This document shows positions 50,112 to 50,622 of a stretch of 50,622 nucleotides of DNA, one piece after another. Made by a program: the position numbers and the translations under genes. The notes beneath the pieces were generated by a model. The model saw only the letters and a program-made list of their open reading frames with translations. It ran no database searches and was not told the origin of the DNA. Each line of letters begins with the position of its first letter. Positions within the stretch are counted from its first letter, which is position 1. Source of the stretch: Atractiella rhizophila (taxonomy: Eukaryota); contig MU271298.1 in the NCBI GenBank assembly GCA_021432655.1, forward strand, positions 7,532-58,153, read 5' to 3'.

Positions 50112-50622
50112 TATTCAGCATTTTTCTCTGATAAAAGCGAGTTGCCCTGCGAGTGCGAGACCACATCCTTATTGGTTGGTCTCGCACCTCGCAGCTTCGC
50201 ACCCTGTCGCCCCTTGTAAACTCATCAGGGTGGTTGTCATTGTTTCTAAAGGCGGCCTATTCTGACTCATTGCTCACATCTTCGCCAGGAGTATCAGTGA
50301 AGGCATGAGGTGTCAACTGTAAGAAGGGTGGCTGCTCTGAACAATCTGCTGCTTCAGCAATGAACTCAACGCTTCACCCCCAGGTCACTCAACCAGTAGA
50401 TGGGCTTCAGAGGTATTTCAACTACAAAGGTCCACCGAGCACAGAAGGTGCTGACCCATTAGTGGAGGGAGCATGAGTTCATTGCGTTAGTAGACTAACC
50501 ATCCTTCTTTCCCAATTATTGCTGGCATGGCATGGTGTGAGACGATCTCACCATACCTGCTGTTACTGTCAAGCATCAAAAGGTACTTCTCATGGTCTCA
50601 CAGGATCCTAACTGACATACAA

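Overview
Intron-containing fungal genomic DNA, most likely a basidiomycete (inferred from the transposon families and the first gene). It has two assembly gaps (5427-5451, 49343-49535). The first ~2.5 kb holds two ordinary host genes: the 3' part of a secreted/GPI-like protein and a MAG1/AlkA-type DNA glycosylase. The rest is a nested transposon graveyard containing a Plavaka transposase, a Copia gag split by a solo LTR, three hAT remnants, a Ty3/Gypsy pol remnant, CACTA-associated ORFs, a tyrosine-recombinase (DIRS/Ngaro-type) element, several solo LTRs with intact TSDs, and a degraded CE5 cutinase-family gene. The most notable structures are: (1) a Helitron family with TC...CTTG ends, including a perfect 283-bp mini-element, a head-to-tail junction, covarying 3' hairpins and a near-identical 1.83-kb internal tandem duplication; (2) an unclassified 3.75-kb TIR element with a 5-bp TSD; (3) a recombinase-only element bounded by hairpin direct repeats; (4) a ~2-kb TpA-rich, CpG-retaining tract resembling CpA-type RIP. 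All family assignments come from motif recognition by eye, not from database searches.
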